From: an uncultured Bacilli bacterium | Lineage (GTDB): Bacteria > Bacillota_I > Bacilli_A > RF39 > UBA660 | Assembly: GCA_934120265.1 (NCBI GenBank) | Contig: CAKOTU010000004.1 | Location: forward strand, 285-64,284 | Length of the DNA: 64,000 bases | Reading direction: 5' to 3' | In this document: one piece after another, positions 44,643 to 53,504 of the stretch | Layout: each line of letters begins with the position of its first letter | Numbering within the stretch: position 1 is the first letter of the stretch | Notes under the pieces: generated by a model | What the model saw: the letters and a program-made list of their open reading frames with translations, nothing else | The model's database searches: none | What the model was told of the DNA's origin: nothing | Made by a program: the position numbers and the translations under genes

Positions 44643-46154
44643 ATGGATGATATTTTGCAACAATTGATTATAAATAAAGATAGTGTATATCCAGAATTGA
44701 ATGAGTTTTTAGAAAAAACAAATTGTGATGAGCTATTAAGTGTTTTAGATAGCGTAAAGAAAAATAAGCTGTTTAAATCATATTTTCATGGCCTTCATCA
44801 TTCTCAAAAAGTATGTTTTTTTGCATACTTAATTGGTAAGAATTTGAAGCTTGATGATGATGACATGAAAATAGTATTAGATGGGGCTTTGTATCATGAT
44901 ATTGGGAGGATGAATGATAGAGAAGATAATATTCATGGATATAGTGCTGCTTATAGAATAGGAAAAGAACATAAAGACTTTGGTCCATTTTATGAAGATG
45001 GTTTAAAGTTTACTTATTTAAAAGCAATATGCGATATGCATAGTGTGGAAGATGAACGATTTAAGCCAATTTTTGAAGATTATGAATTTGAAAATGGCGA
45101 TATAGAATTTGAAAAATTTAAATTACTTGCTAGTGTTCTTAAAGATGCCGATGCTTTAGATCGTCAAAGATTTAGAAAAACTACTCAAGCTGCTTTAAAA
45201 GAAAAATTTTTACGTTTTGACATATCAAAAGATTTGATTCATTTAGCCAAACTTATTAATGATCATTATACTTATAAAATAGATGAAATTATGTATAATA
45301 AGTATAAAGAAAAATATGAGGGTGAGGCAGAACTAGGATGTTTTCATGGTATTGGATTTGATTTTTTCAGATTAGAAAGTATTTTAAATTATGGAATTCT
45401 TTCACAGTATGAAAAAATCAAACAGGGAATAAATTCAACAAGAAATTTCAATGGAAATAATGGAAATATTTGGGTATCAGTAGTCGATTCTAATGATTTA
45501 CAAAAAGATGGTAAGGCATACAATACTTTTATTAAAAACGGAATAAGTTTTTATTGCTTAGTGCCTCACTTAATTGAAGGTAAAAAAGGTAAAAATAATA
45601 ATGGAGAGTTTGAACCTATCAACTCTTGGGAATATGAAGATGAGCATTTTGTTTTTGACAAGATAGATTATAGTAATATTCATTCTTTAGTTATTAAAAA
45701 AGAGATTTTAAACAAAAGGATAGATGAAATAAATTATCTATGTGGTTCTTGTAATTATGATATTGTTAGTCAAAAAGTATTAAGCTTTGTTGATGAGATA
45801 AAAAAGAGAAGTGGTATTAGTGTTGATTTTGGAGAAGCTAATATAATATTGGATAAGTTTAAAAAAGAAGTTATCGATTATGAGAAAAAAGATGAAAATG
45901 AGCAAAAGAAAACCAACAAAGAATTTATGCAAACTATAGATGATTATATTTTGGAATTGAATGAAGTCGTTCGAAAATGGATGATGCAATTTTATTCTAA
46001 AATTTTGAATAAAGATGGAAATATTAGAGTTGGTGATGTTATTGCTGATATATTAAGTAGGTACAGCGATAAAGTTAAAGATATTTATAATAATGATGAA
46101 GTCATCATAGTACTAAATGATTTAGGAAAGAAATATAGTAAGGTATATGTTTAA
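44643..46154 (+). CDS. HD-domain protein with a large uncharacterised C-terminal region
   Basis: HGLHHSQKV...LYHDIGR...LKDADALDR. No motif recognised in the C-terminal ~300 aa. Confidence 0.55.
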   Translation: MDDILQQLIINKDSVYPELNEFLEKTNCDELLSVLDSVKKNKLFKSYFHGLHHSQKVCFFAYLIGKNLKLDDDDMKIVLDGALYHDIGRMNDREDNIHGYSAAYRIGKEHKDFGPFYEDGLKFTYLKAICDMHSVEDERFKPIFEDYEFENGDIEFEKFKLLASVLKDADALDRQRFRKTTQAALKEKFLRFDISKDLIHLAKLINDHYTYKIDEIMYNKYKEKYEGEAELGCFHGIGFDFFRLESILNYGILSQYEKIKQGINSTRNFNGNNGNIWVSVVDSNDLQKDGKAYNTFIKNGISFYCLVPHLIEGKKGKNNNGEFEPINSWEYEDEHFVFDKIDYSNIHSLVIKKEILNKRIDEINYLCGSCNYDIVSQKVLSFVDEIKKRSGISVDFGEANIILDKFKKEVIDYEKKDENEQKKTNKEFMQTIDDYILELNEVVRKWMMQFYSKILNKDGNIRVGDVIADILSRYSDKVKDIYNNDEVIIVLNDLGKKYSKVYV

Positions 46155-46171
46155 ATGGTTGAGGTGAGAAA

Positions 46172-46537
46172 ATGAAAAAGGGATTTACTTTGATAGAACT
46201 ATTAGCTGTTTTAGTTGTTTTAGGATTACTTGGATTAATAGTTATTCCTGTTGTAGATAAAATATTAAAAGATAGTAGAAATGATTTATATGATTTACAA
46301 ATTAAAAATATAGAAGATGGTGCCAGAAATTGGGCTGCTAAAAATCCACTAACACTTCCTGAAAATGGAAATTCAACAACAAAAACAATAGCTGAATTAG
46401 AGGAAGAAGGATTTATTGAGGTTGATGTAAAAAATCCTAAGACTGGTGAAGTTTTTTGCGACGATTCTTATGTAACAATAACTAATACAGGTAGTGGTTT
46501 TACTTATAGTTATGATGCTGATTCAGGAAGTTGTTAA
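46172..46537 (+). CDS. Short prepilin-type (pseudopilin/ComGC-like) protein immediately upstream of murE
   Basis: MKKGFTLIELLAVLVVLGLLGLIVIPVV. RBS gaggtga. 11 nt to the murE ATG, with no terminator between. Confidence 0.8.
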   Translation: MKKGFTLIELLAVLVVLGLLGLIVIPVVDKILKDSRNDLYDLQIKNIEDGARNWAAKNPLTLPENGNSTTKTIAELEEEGFIEVDVKNPKTGEVFCDDSYVTITNTGSGFTYSYDADSGSC

Positions 46538-46548
46538 TAGGTGGATAT

Positions 46549-47922
46549 ATGATAAAAATAAAAACAGATTCAAGAAAAATAGTACCTGGGGATACTTTTG
46601 TTGCACTTCCAGGAATTAGTAGTGATGGACATGACTACATTGATTTAGCAATAAAAAATGGAGCAGCCAAAATAGTTGCGGAACATGGATCTTATAGTGC
46701 TCCAACAGTTATTGTTCCCGATACAAGAGTTTATTTAAATCAGTTATTGGAACAAGAATATGGCTATATTATTGATGAGATGAAAATTGTTGGAATTACT
46801 GGAACTAACGGTAAGACAACTAGTTGTTACTTGACTTATCAAATATTAAATAATTTAGGTATAAAATGTGCTTATATAGGTACAATTGGTTTTTATCTAA
46901 AAGATAAAGTAAGAAATTTGCCTAACACTTCAGTTGATATTGCCGACTTGTATGGGCTTTTAGTAGAAGCTTATGAAAATGGATATAAATATGTATGCTT
47001 AGAAGTTAGTAGTCAAGGATTATCAATGAACAGATTCCAAACAATAAAATTTGATGTAGCGGTATTTACTAATTTAACGCAAGATCATTTAGATTATCAT
47101 AAAACAATGGATAATTATTGCGTAGCTAAACAACAACTATTTAAGCAAATCAAAAAAAATGGTAAAGCTATTATTAATAGTGACGATAAATATAAAGATC
47201 ATTATTTATTAAATGATAATGATAATGTAACTTTTGGTAAGAATGGTGATTATAAAATATTATCTATGAAATTTTCTAGTAAAATATCATTATTAGAATA
47301 TTCATATAATAATAAAAATTATGTAGCCAAAACACATCTTTTGGGAGAGTATAATCTTTATAACCTAATAACTTCTATTTCTATTTGCCATGAGCTTGGA
47401 ATTGATTTAGATGAAATAAATAGTGTTATAGATAAATTAAAAATGCCAAGTGGACGTATGGAGAAGATAGAATACAACGATAATGTTATAATAGTTGATT
47501 ATGCTCATACACCTGATGCGATTGAAAATATTTTAAAAACAATAAAACCGATATGTGAAGGGAATTTATATGTGGTTTTTGGATGTACTGGTAGTCGTGA
47601 TAAAACTAAAAGACCTATTATGACTAATATGGTTTTAAATAATGTTACCAAGGCTATTATAACAATAGATGATCCCCACGATGAAGATCCTAAAGAAATA
47701 GTAAATGATATGTTAAAAGGAATAAACCTAACTAATTATGAGATTTGTTTAGATCGTAAGAAAGCTATACATCTTGGTATGGATTTATTAAGAGAAAATG
47801 ACTTTTTGCTAATATTAGGTAAAGGTCATGAAGAATTTATAATATTTAAAGATAAGAAAATTCCTTTTAATGATAAAAATGAAGTATTAAGTTATATCGA
47901 TTATAAAAAGCAAAATGCCTAG
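46549..47922 (+). CDS. murE: MurE-family UDP-MurNAc-tripeptide synthetase paralog 1 (DDPH in place of DNPR)
   Basis: GITGTNGKTT, DYAHTPDA, ITIDDPHDEDP. ATG at 46549 follows taggtgga. Confidence 0.85.
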   Translation: MIKIKTDSRKIVPGDTFVALPGISSDGHDYIDLAIKNGAAKIVAEHGSYSAPTVIVPDTRVYLNQLLEQEYGYIIDEMKIVGITGTNGKTTSCYLTYQILNNLGIKCAYIGTIGFYLKDKVRNLPNTSVDIADLYGLLVEAYENGYKYVCLEVSSQGLSMNRFQTIKFDVAVFTNLTQDHLDYHKTMDNYCVAKQQLFKQIKKNGKAIINSDDKYKDHYLLNDNDNVTFGKNGDYKILSMKFSSKISLLEYSYNNKNYVAKTHLLGEYNLYNLITSISICHELGIDLDEINSVIDKLKMPSGRMEKIEYNDNVIIVDYAHTPDAIENILKTIKPICEGNLYVVFGCTGSRDKTKRPIMTNMVLNNVTKAIITIDDPHDEDPKEIVNDMLKGINLTNYEICLDRKKAIHLGMDLLRENDFLLILGKGHEEFIIFKDKKIPFNDKNEVLSYIDYKKQNA

Positions 47923-47972
47923 TAGAACACCTAGTGATATTTGTCATAGAATATCACAGGAGGTGTTTTTTT

Positions 47973-49313
47973 GTGAATATAAAAAGTGATTCACGTAAAG
48001 TTGAAAAGGGAGATACTTTTGTTGCTTTAAAATATTCCAATGATGGCCATCAATATATTGAAGATGCTATTAAAAGAGGTGCGACTAGTGTAGTTGCAGA
48101 ACATGGTTTATATAGTGTTGATACACTTATTGTCAAAGATACTCATGAATATTTGGTAAATTATTTAAAAACTAATTATTGGGATAAAATAAAAGATTTA
48201 AAAATTATTGGAATGACAGGAACTAATGGAAAGACAACAACTTGTTATCTTTTACATAAAGCGTTAAATATGCTTGGAGAAAAAAGTGCTTATATAGGTA
48301 CAATTGGTTTTTATATTGATGAAAAAATAAAGAATTTAGAGAATACAACTCCAGATATTTTAGAAATATATGAGATGCTACTAAAAGCTAAGAACGAGAA
48401 TTGTAAATATGTTGTTATGGAAGTAAGCAGTCATGCTTTAAGTTTAAATAGAGTAAAAGGATTAGAATTTGATATGGCACTATTTTCTAATTTGACTCAG
48501 GATCATCTTGATTACCATCATACAATTGATAACTATTTGAATGCTAAAAAGAAATTATTTACAATGTTAAAAAATGATAAATTGGCTATTATAAATATAG
48601 ATGATAAATATTATAAGGATTTTATTATGGAAGAAAATAATAATAAAACATATGGTTTTAAAGATTCTAATTATCAAATAACAAAATATAATTATAATCT
48701 TAATGAAAGTAATTTTGTTATTAATGATTGTGATATTTATAAAACTAAATTAATAGGAAAGTATAATATTTATAATCTAACTTTGATTATAGCAGCTTTA
48801 AATAATTTAGGTTTTGACTATGAACAAATATCTAAGGTTATAGAAAATTTAGATAGTCCTAGTGGTAGGATGGATAAAATAATGTATGGTAGTAATGCTA
48901 TTATTATTGATTATGCTCATACACCTGATGCAGTAGAAAATGTATTATTAACAGCAAAAGAATTAAATCCTAATCACCTTTACGTAATAGTTGGATGTGG
49001 TGGAGATAGAGATAAGACAAAACGCCCAATAATGGGGAAAATAGCTGTTAATAATGCTGATCATGTGGTATTTACTAGTGATAATCCTAGAACAGAAGAT
49101 CCAGATGAAATAATACAAGATATAGTACAAAAGCTTGACAAAAAAAACTATGAAATTGAAGTAAATCGAGAAAAAGCTATTATTAGGGGTATACAATTAC
49201 TAAAAGAAAATGATATACTAATGGTGCTTGGTAAAGGACATGAAAACTATCAAATTATTGGTAAAGATAAAATATTTTTTGACGATAAAAAGGTAGTATT
49301 AGATAATATATAG
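47973..49313 (+). CDS. murE: MurE paralog 2 (meso-DAP-type DNPR motif)
   Basis: GMTGTNGKTT, DYAHTPDA, FTSDNPRTEDP. GTG at 47973 lies 7 nt after aggaggtg. Confidence 0.9.
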   Translation: MNIKSDSRKVEKGDTFVALKYSNDGHQYIEDAIKRGATSVVAEHGLYSVDTLIVKDTHEYLVNYLKTNYWDKIKDLKIIGMTGTNGKTTTCYLLHKALNMLGEKSAYIGTIGFYIDEKIKNLENTTPDILEIYEMLLKAKNENCKYVVMEVSSHALSLNRVKGLEFDMALFSNLTQDHLDYHHTIDNYLNAKKKLFTMLKNDKLAIINIDDKYYKDFIMEENNNKTYGFKDSNYQITKYNYNLNESNFVINDCDIYKTKLIGKYNIYNLTLIIAALNNLGFDYEQISKVIENLDSPSGRMDKIMYGSNAIIIDYAHTPDAVENVLLTAKELNPNHLYVIVGCGGDRDKTKRPIMGKIAVNNADHVVFTSDNPRTEDPDEIIQDIVQKLDKKNYEIEVNREKAIIRGIQLLKENDILMVLGKGHENYQIIGKDKIFFDDKKVVLDNI

Positions 49314-49324
49314 GAGTTGATATA

Positions 49325-50317
49325 ATGTTAGTTTTAGCAAAATCTGCTTTAGCACTTATGGTAGCGTTTGTAATCTCAGTTGTGTTTGGGCTTATATTAA
49401 TACCATTTTTAAGAAAAATAAAAGCTAATCAAAAAATTAGTATATTTCTAAGTGAAAAGCATAAAAAGAAAGATGGAACGCCTACAATGGGAGGGTTAAT
49501 ATTTATTATTCCAACTATTGTTTCGATGATTATTCTTATTTTAATGAATAAGTTAGAGTGGACAGATAACTTGTTTATTATAATGTTTGTCTTCTTGTCA
49601 TATGCGTTACTTGGTTTTATAGATGATTTTTTAATTATAAAAAGACATAACAATGAAGGTTTAACAGAAATTCAAAAACTTATAGGGCAAATATTAATTG
49701 CTGTTATTTTCTTTTTTATATTTATGAAAAGTGGAAGACAACCAGTATTAGATATTCATACATTAGGAATAAAAATTAACTTTGGTTGGTTTTACGGTTT
49801 CTTCATATTGTTTGTTTTGGTAGCAAGTAGTAATGCGGTTAATTTAACAGATGGATTGGATGGATTGGCTGGTGGACTTTCTGCTATAGCATTCTTATCG
49901 TTTGGTATTATAAGTTTTGGTTCTTATTGGATAGCCGGAAGTGAAGAAATTGGTATCTTCTGTTTTATATTAGTAGGGGCATTATTAGGATTCCTTGTTT
50001 ATAATTCATATCCAGCTAAGGTTTTTATGGGAGATACTGGTTCTCTTGCTTTAGGCGCAACACTAGCAAGTGTAGCAATTATTACTAGTCATGAGATAAC
50101 ATTGATTGTTGTATGTGGTGTGTTTGTTGTTGAAACATTTTGCTGTATTATTCAAATGATTGCAGGAAGATATTTTAATAAAAAGGTATTTTTAATGGCA
50201 CCTTTACATCATCATTTAGAAAAATTAGGCTGGGCTGAAACAGATATTGTTAAAATGTTTTTAGTTGTAGGTACAATTTTAGGATTGTCTGCAGTCTTAT
50301 TTGCAGTATGGTTATAA
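49325..50317 (+). CDS. mraY: Phospho-N-acetylmuramoyl-pentapeptide transferase MraY
   Basis: NAVNLTDGLDGLA, MGDTGSLALG, PLHHHLE. Confidence 0.95.
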   Translation: MLVLAKSALALMVAFVISVVFGLILIPFLRKIKANQKISIFLSEKHKKKDGTPTMGGLIFIIPTIVSMIILILMNKLEWTDNLFIIMFVFLSYALLGFIDDFLIIKRHNNEGLTEIQKLIGQILIAVIFFFIFMKSGRQPVLDIHTLGIKINFGWFYGFFILFVLVASSNAVNLTDGLDGLAGGLSAIAFLSFGIISFGSYWIAGSEEIGIFCFILVGALLGFLVYNSYPAKVFMGDTGSLALGATLASVAIITSHEITLIVVCGVFVVETFCCIIQMIAGRYFNKKVFLMAPLHHHLEKLGWAETDIVKMFLVVGTILGLSAVLFAVWL

Positions 50318-50338
50318 ATAGCATAATGCTATTTTTTT
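50318..50338 (+). terminator. Intrinsic terminator directly after mraY
   Basis: atagca-taa-tgctat followed by tttttt. Confidence 0.65.
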
Positions 50339-50397
50339 CTTGCATTTTTTAGAACTATTATATATAATTGAATTAGTAATAATAAGGATGTGGAAAT

Positions 50398-51984
50398 ATG
50401 AGAAATAAAAAAGGATTTACTTTAATAGAATTATTAGCCGTAATAATAATATTATCTGTGTTAGTAGTTATTACAGCGCCTGTGATTTCTAATTCAATAG
50501 AAAATTCTAAAAGAAGTAGTGCGATGGAGAGTGCTAATAGTTTGATTCAATCGGCGGAGTATTATTTTTTAAGTGCATCGCCAAAATATGGTAAGATTGA
50601 TGTTTTAAGTGATAAATTAAGTTATAAAGGTGAAAAACCGGACTTGGGAGAAGTTGAAATAAATAAACAAGGAAAATCAAGAATTTATACATATGTTAAT
50701 GGCTATTGTATAACAAAGGAGTTTGGTACTGAATTATATGCAAATAAAATGAATAAAGAAGATTGTAGTTGGTTTGGAACAGATAATTATGAGACAACAG
50801 AAGGAACAACATTTACATTAAATAATCAAACAATAAAAAATTATTTAATATATGGCAATAGTATTCAAGATGGTACTCCAACGCCAGATAATTCTGCCGA
50901 AGTAAAAAGTACTGGAGATTTACTAACAAGTAGTAATTGTGCTAGCTATGGAAGTGATGCATGTAGTAACATCGGTAAGTATGTAGTACAAGTTAAGGAT
51001 AGAGGTAAGAATCTGTTTGATTATAGTTATTTAAAGCAACAGGGCTCATCGGGTGGTTTAACAATGACAAGCACTGGTGACGTTATAACAATTAATGGAA
51101 CATTAACTAATTCTGGTGATATAAAACTTTCTGATGTTTTCCCAAATATATTTGATGTAAATAAAACCTATACATTAAAAATTGATGTAGTAGGTGGAAG
51201 TGGGACCATTGGAGAAGGAACAGGAATAACGTTTGCGTTTTCTTTGTTTAATTCAGCAAACACTAAATATATAAGAACAAACGTAAATGCAACAGCGCTA
51301 GATAATATAGCTTCTGTAACCTTTTCTGGAAGTGTTTTTGCAGGAGAAGAGAAATTACACCTTTTATTACAAAATTGGAGATTAGGAAATACTTACAGTA
51401 ATTATCAAGTAAGGATTCAAATAGAGGAAGGCAGTAGTGCAACATCTTATGAAAGCTACAAAGCAGCTTTAACAAATATATATTTAGATGAACCATTAAG
51501 AAAAATAGGAGATTATGCAGATTACATAGATTTTTATAATAAAAAAATAGTGAGAAGAGTTAGTAGTAAAACTTTTGATGGAACAGAGCGTTGGACTATA
51601 ATGACAGATGTAGGGGTAGCTAGAGCAATGCAACACACATTAACAGACAGCAAAGCTAATACCACAAAATCTTTATTAGCACAATCTAATTATTATGTTG
51701 GCGCTACTTGGGAGGATGTATATAATGGTAAGATTGGTGTTGCAAGAAGTAAAGATGCAATAAGAATTAGACCTAAAGAAACCTTGCCAACTATTGCTGA
51801 ATGGAAAGCGTTTTTACAGCAACAAAATAATGCAGGAAATCCGTTAGTAGTAAATTATGTATTGGCAGAGCAATCAGAAGAAACGATAGATTTACCAAAT
51901 ATAGAATTATTAGATGGTAGTAGCACACTATTAATTAATACTGAAGTAAGTCCAAGTAAAGTTACATTAACAACAAATAAATAA
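50398..51984 (+). CDS. Modular prepilin-type protein with a ~400-aa C-terminal domain of unknown (possibly phage-fibre-like) type
   Basis: MRNKKGFTLIELLAVIIILSVLVVITAPV, with a pilin head to ~aa 125. The C-terminal part contains IYGNSIQDGTPTPDNSAEVKSTG, GKNLFD, IEEGSSATSYESY and LRKIGDYADYIDF. Confidence 0.8.
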   Translation: MRNKKGFTLIELLAVIIILSVLVVITAPVISNSIENSKRSSAMESANSLIQSAEYYFLSASPKYGKIDVLSDKLSYKGEKPDLGEVEINKQGKSRIYTYVNGYCITKEFGTELYANKMNKEDCSWFGTDNYETTEGTTFTLNNQTIKNYLIYGNSIQDGTPTPDNSAEVKSTGDLLTSSNCASYGSDACSNIGKYVVQVKDRGKNLFDYSYLKQQGSSGGLTMTSTGDVITINGTLTNSGDIKLSDVFPNIFDVNKTYTLKIDVVGGSGTIGEGTGITFAFSLFNSANTKYIRTNVNATALDNIASVTFSGSVFAGEEKLHLLLQNWRLGNTYSNYQVRIQIEEGSSATSYESYKAALTNIYLDEPLRKIGDYADYIDFYNKKIVRRVSSKTFDGTERWTIMTDVGVARAMQHTLTDSKANTTKSLLAQSNYYVGATWEDVYNGKIGVARSKDAIRIRPKETLPTIAEWKAFLQQQNNAGNPLVVNYVLAEQSEETIDLPNIELLDGSSTLLINTEVSPSKVTLTTNK

Positions 51985-52005
51985 ATTTACATGAATTTTA
52001 CAAGA

Positions 52006-52033
52006 AAAAGAGTTTATAAAAAAAACTCTTTTT
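52006..52033 (+). terminator. Intrinsic terminator
   Basis: aaaagagtt-(loop)-aactctttt. Confidence 0.7.
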
Positions 52034-52072
52034 AATATTAGTAAAAATTGGTATAATATTTATGGTGATAGT

Positions 52073-53485
52073 ATGAATAAGACTAAGATAATTTCACAAT
52101 TAACCCAAAGTAATAGTAGTGATGAATCTATTAGAAGTTTAATGGAAAATGGTATAGATTTGTTCTTGATGGATTTAAATGAGGTAAATAAAGAATTTTG
52201 TTTAGAAGTAATAAGAAAAATTAATGATTTAAATGATGAATTGAAGACTAATGTTGGGAGTATTTTAGAATTAAGAAATAATAAAGTTCGTATAAATAAA
52301 ATATCTGGTGGTAGTGCATATTTAAAAGAAAAAGATAAAATTAGAATTTACATGGATCATACTATTGGTGATGAAACAAAATTGTCGGTTGATTATGATG
52401 AAATAATTAACGAAATAAAATATGATAGTATTATTAAACTTTCAGATGGAAATGTAGAATTAGAAGTGTTAGACAAGAGTGAAGGTTTTATATTATGTTT
52501 AGTAAAAAAAGGTGGACTTGTTTATGAACATAGTGAAGTAAATATTCCTGACATAAAAATAAGTAAGAAATTTTTAACTAAATATAATAAAGATATGATT
52601 AAGTTTGCAGCTGAAATAGGAATAGATTATGTTATTTTAAATTCAGTTACAGAGCAAGAAGATGTTTTAGATATTAATGATTTACTTATTAATATGGAAA
52701 ATAATCATTTAGGAATTCTAACTAAGATTAATAATAAATTCGCTTTAGAAGAAGTTGAAGATATTATAAACATGAGTGAAGGTGTTATTATTTCTCGTGA
52801 TGATCTTGGATTAGAAGTTCCAATTGAAAAGATTCCAAGTATTCAAAAGAAAATAATTGATAGATGTCACATGAACGGTAAGATTAGTGTTGTTTCTGCT
52901 GAAGCAGATTATGACTTGGAAGCTCAAACATTAAATAAAGCAGAAGTTAGTGATTTAGCTAACGCAGTACTTGATGGAACAGATGCTGTTATAATAGGCA
53001 ACAAATCTCATAATAAAAACTATTCTATTAGTTTGGTTGAGGAAATAGAGAGAGTAATAAAATCTGCTGAAGAAGATATTGATTATGATAAGTTTTTACT
53101 TAGTGCTATTGAAACAGAAAATCAAGATACAACCGGTAATATAGCTTGTTCAGTTGCAGAGATTAGTAATCGTTTAAATTGTAAAGCTATTATTGCACCA
53201 ACAGTAAGTGGGTATACAGCACGTAAAATGAGTCGCTTTAAACCAAAATGTCCTGTTATAGCAATTAGTACTAATCCAGAAACTTTGAGAAGTTTATCAA
53301 TATATTTTGGTGTGTGTCCAATATACATTGAAAATTTAAAATCTCTTGATGATATAGTAGATCAAGCTAAAAAAATAGCTATGAATAATGTTGATATCAA
53401 AAGTGGAGATAAAATCATAATTACTGGTGGTTATCCATTTAAAGAAGTTAAACATACTAACTTTGTAGAAATAGAAGAATTATAA
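52073..53485 (+). CDS. Pyruvate kinase-fold protein with most catalytic/metal-binding motifs replaced
   Basis: Collinear with PK (TKII..., KIN[N], SRDDLGLEVP, AEVSDLANAVLDGTDAV, PTVSGYTARKMSRFKP), but NFSHG, DTKGPEIR, KIENxEG, TQMLxSM and MLSGETA are not conserved. Confidence 0.7.
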   Translation: MNKTKIISQLTQSNSSDESIRSLMENGIDLFLMDLNEVNKEFCLEVIRKINDLNDELKTNVGSILELRNNKVRINKISGGSAYLKEKDKIRIYMDHTIGDETKLSVDYDEIINEIKYDSIIKLSDGNVELEVLDKSEGFILCLVKKGGLVYEHSEVNIPDIKISKKFLTKYNKDMIKFAAEIGIDYVILNSVTEQEDVLDINDLLINMENNHLGILTKINNKFALEEVEDIINMSEGVIISRDDLGLEVPIEKIPSIQKKIIDRCHMNGKISVVSAEADYDLEAQTLNKAEVSDLANAVLDGTDAVIIGNKSHNKNYSISLVEEIERVIKSAEEDIDYDKFLLSAIETENQDTTGNIACSVAEISNRLNCKAIIAPTVSGYTARKMSRFKPKCPVIAISTNPETLRSLSIYFGVCPIYIENLKSLDDIVDQAKKIAMNNVDIKSGDKIIITGGYPFKEVKHTNFVEIEEL

Positions 53486-53504
53486 AAGGAAAAGGGGTGG
53501 AATT

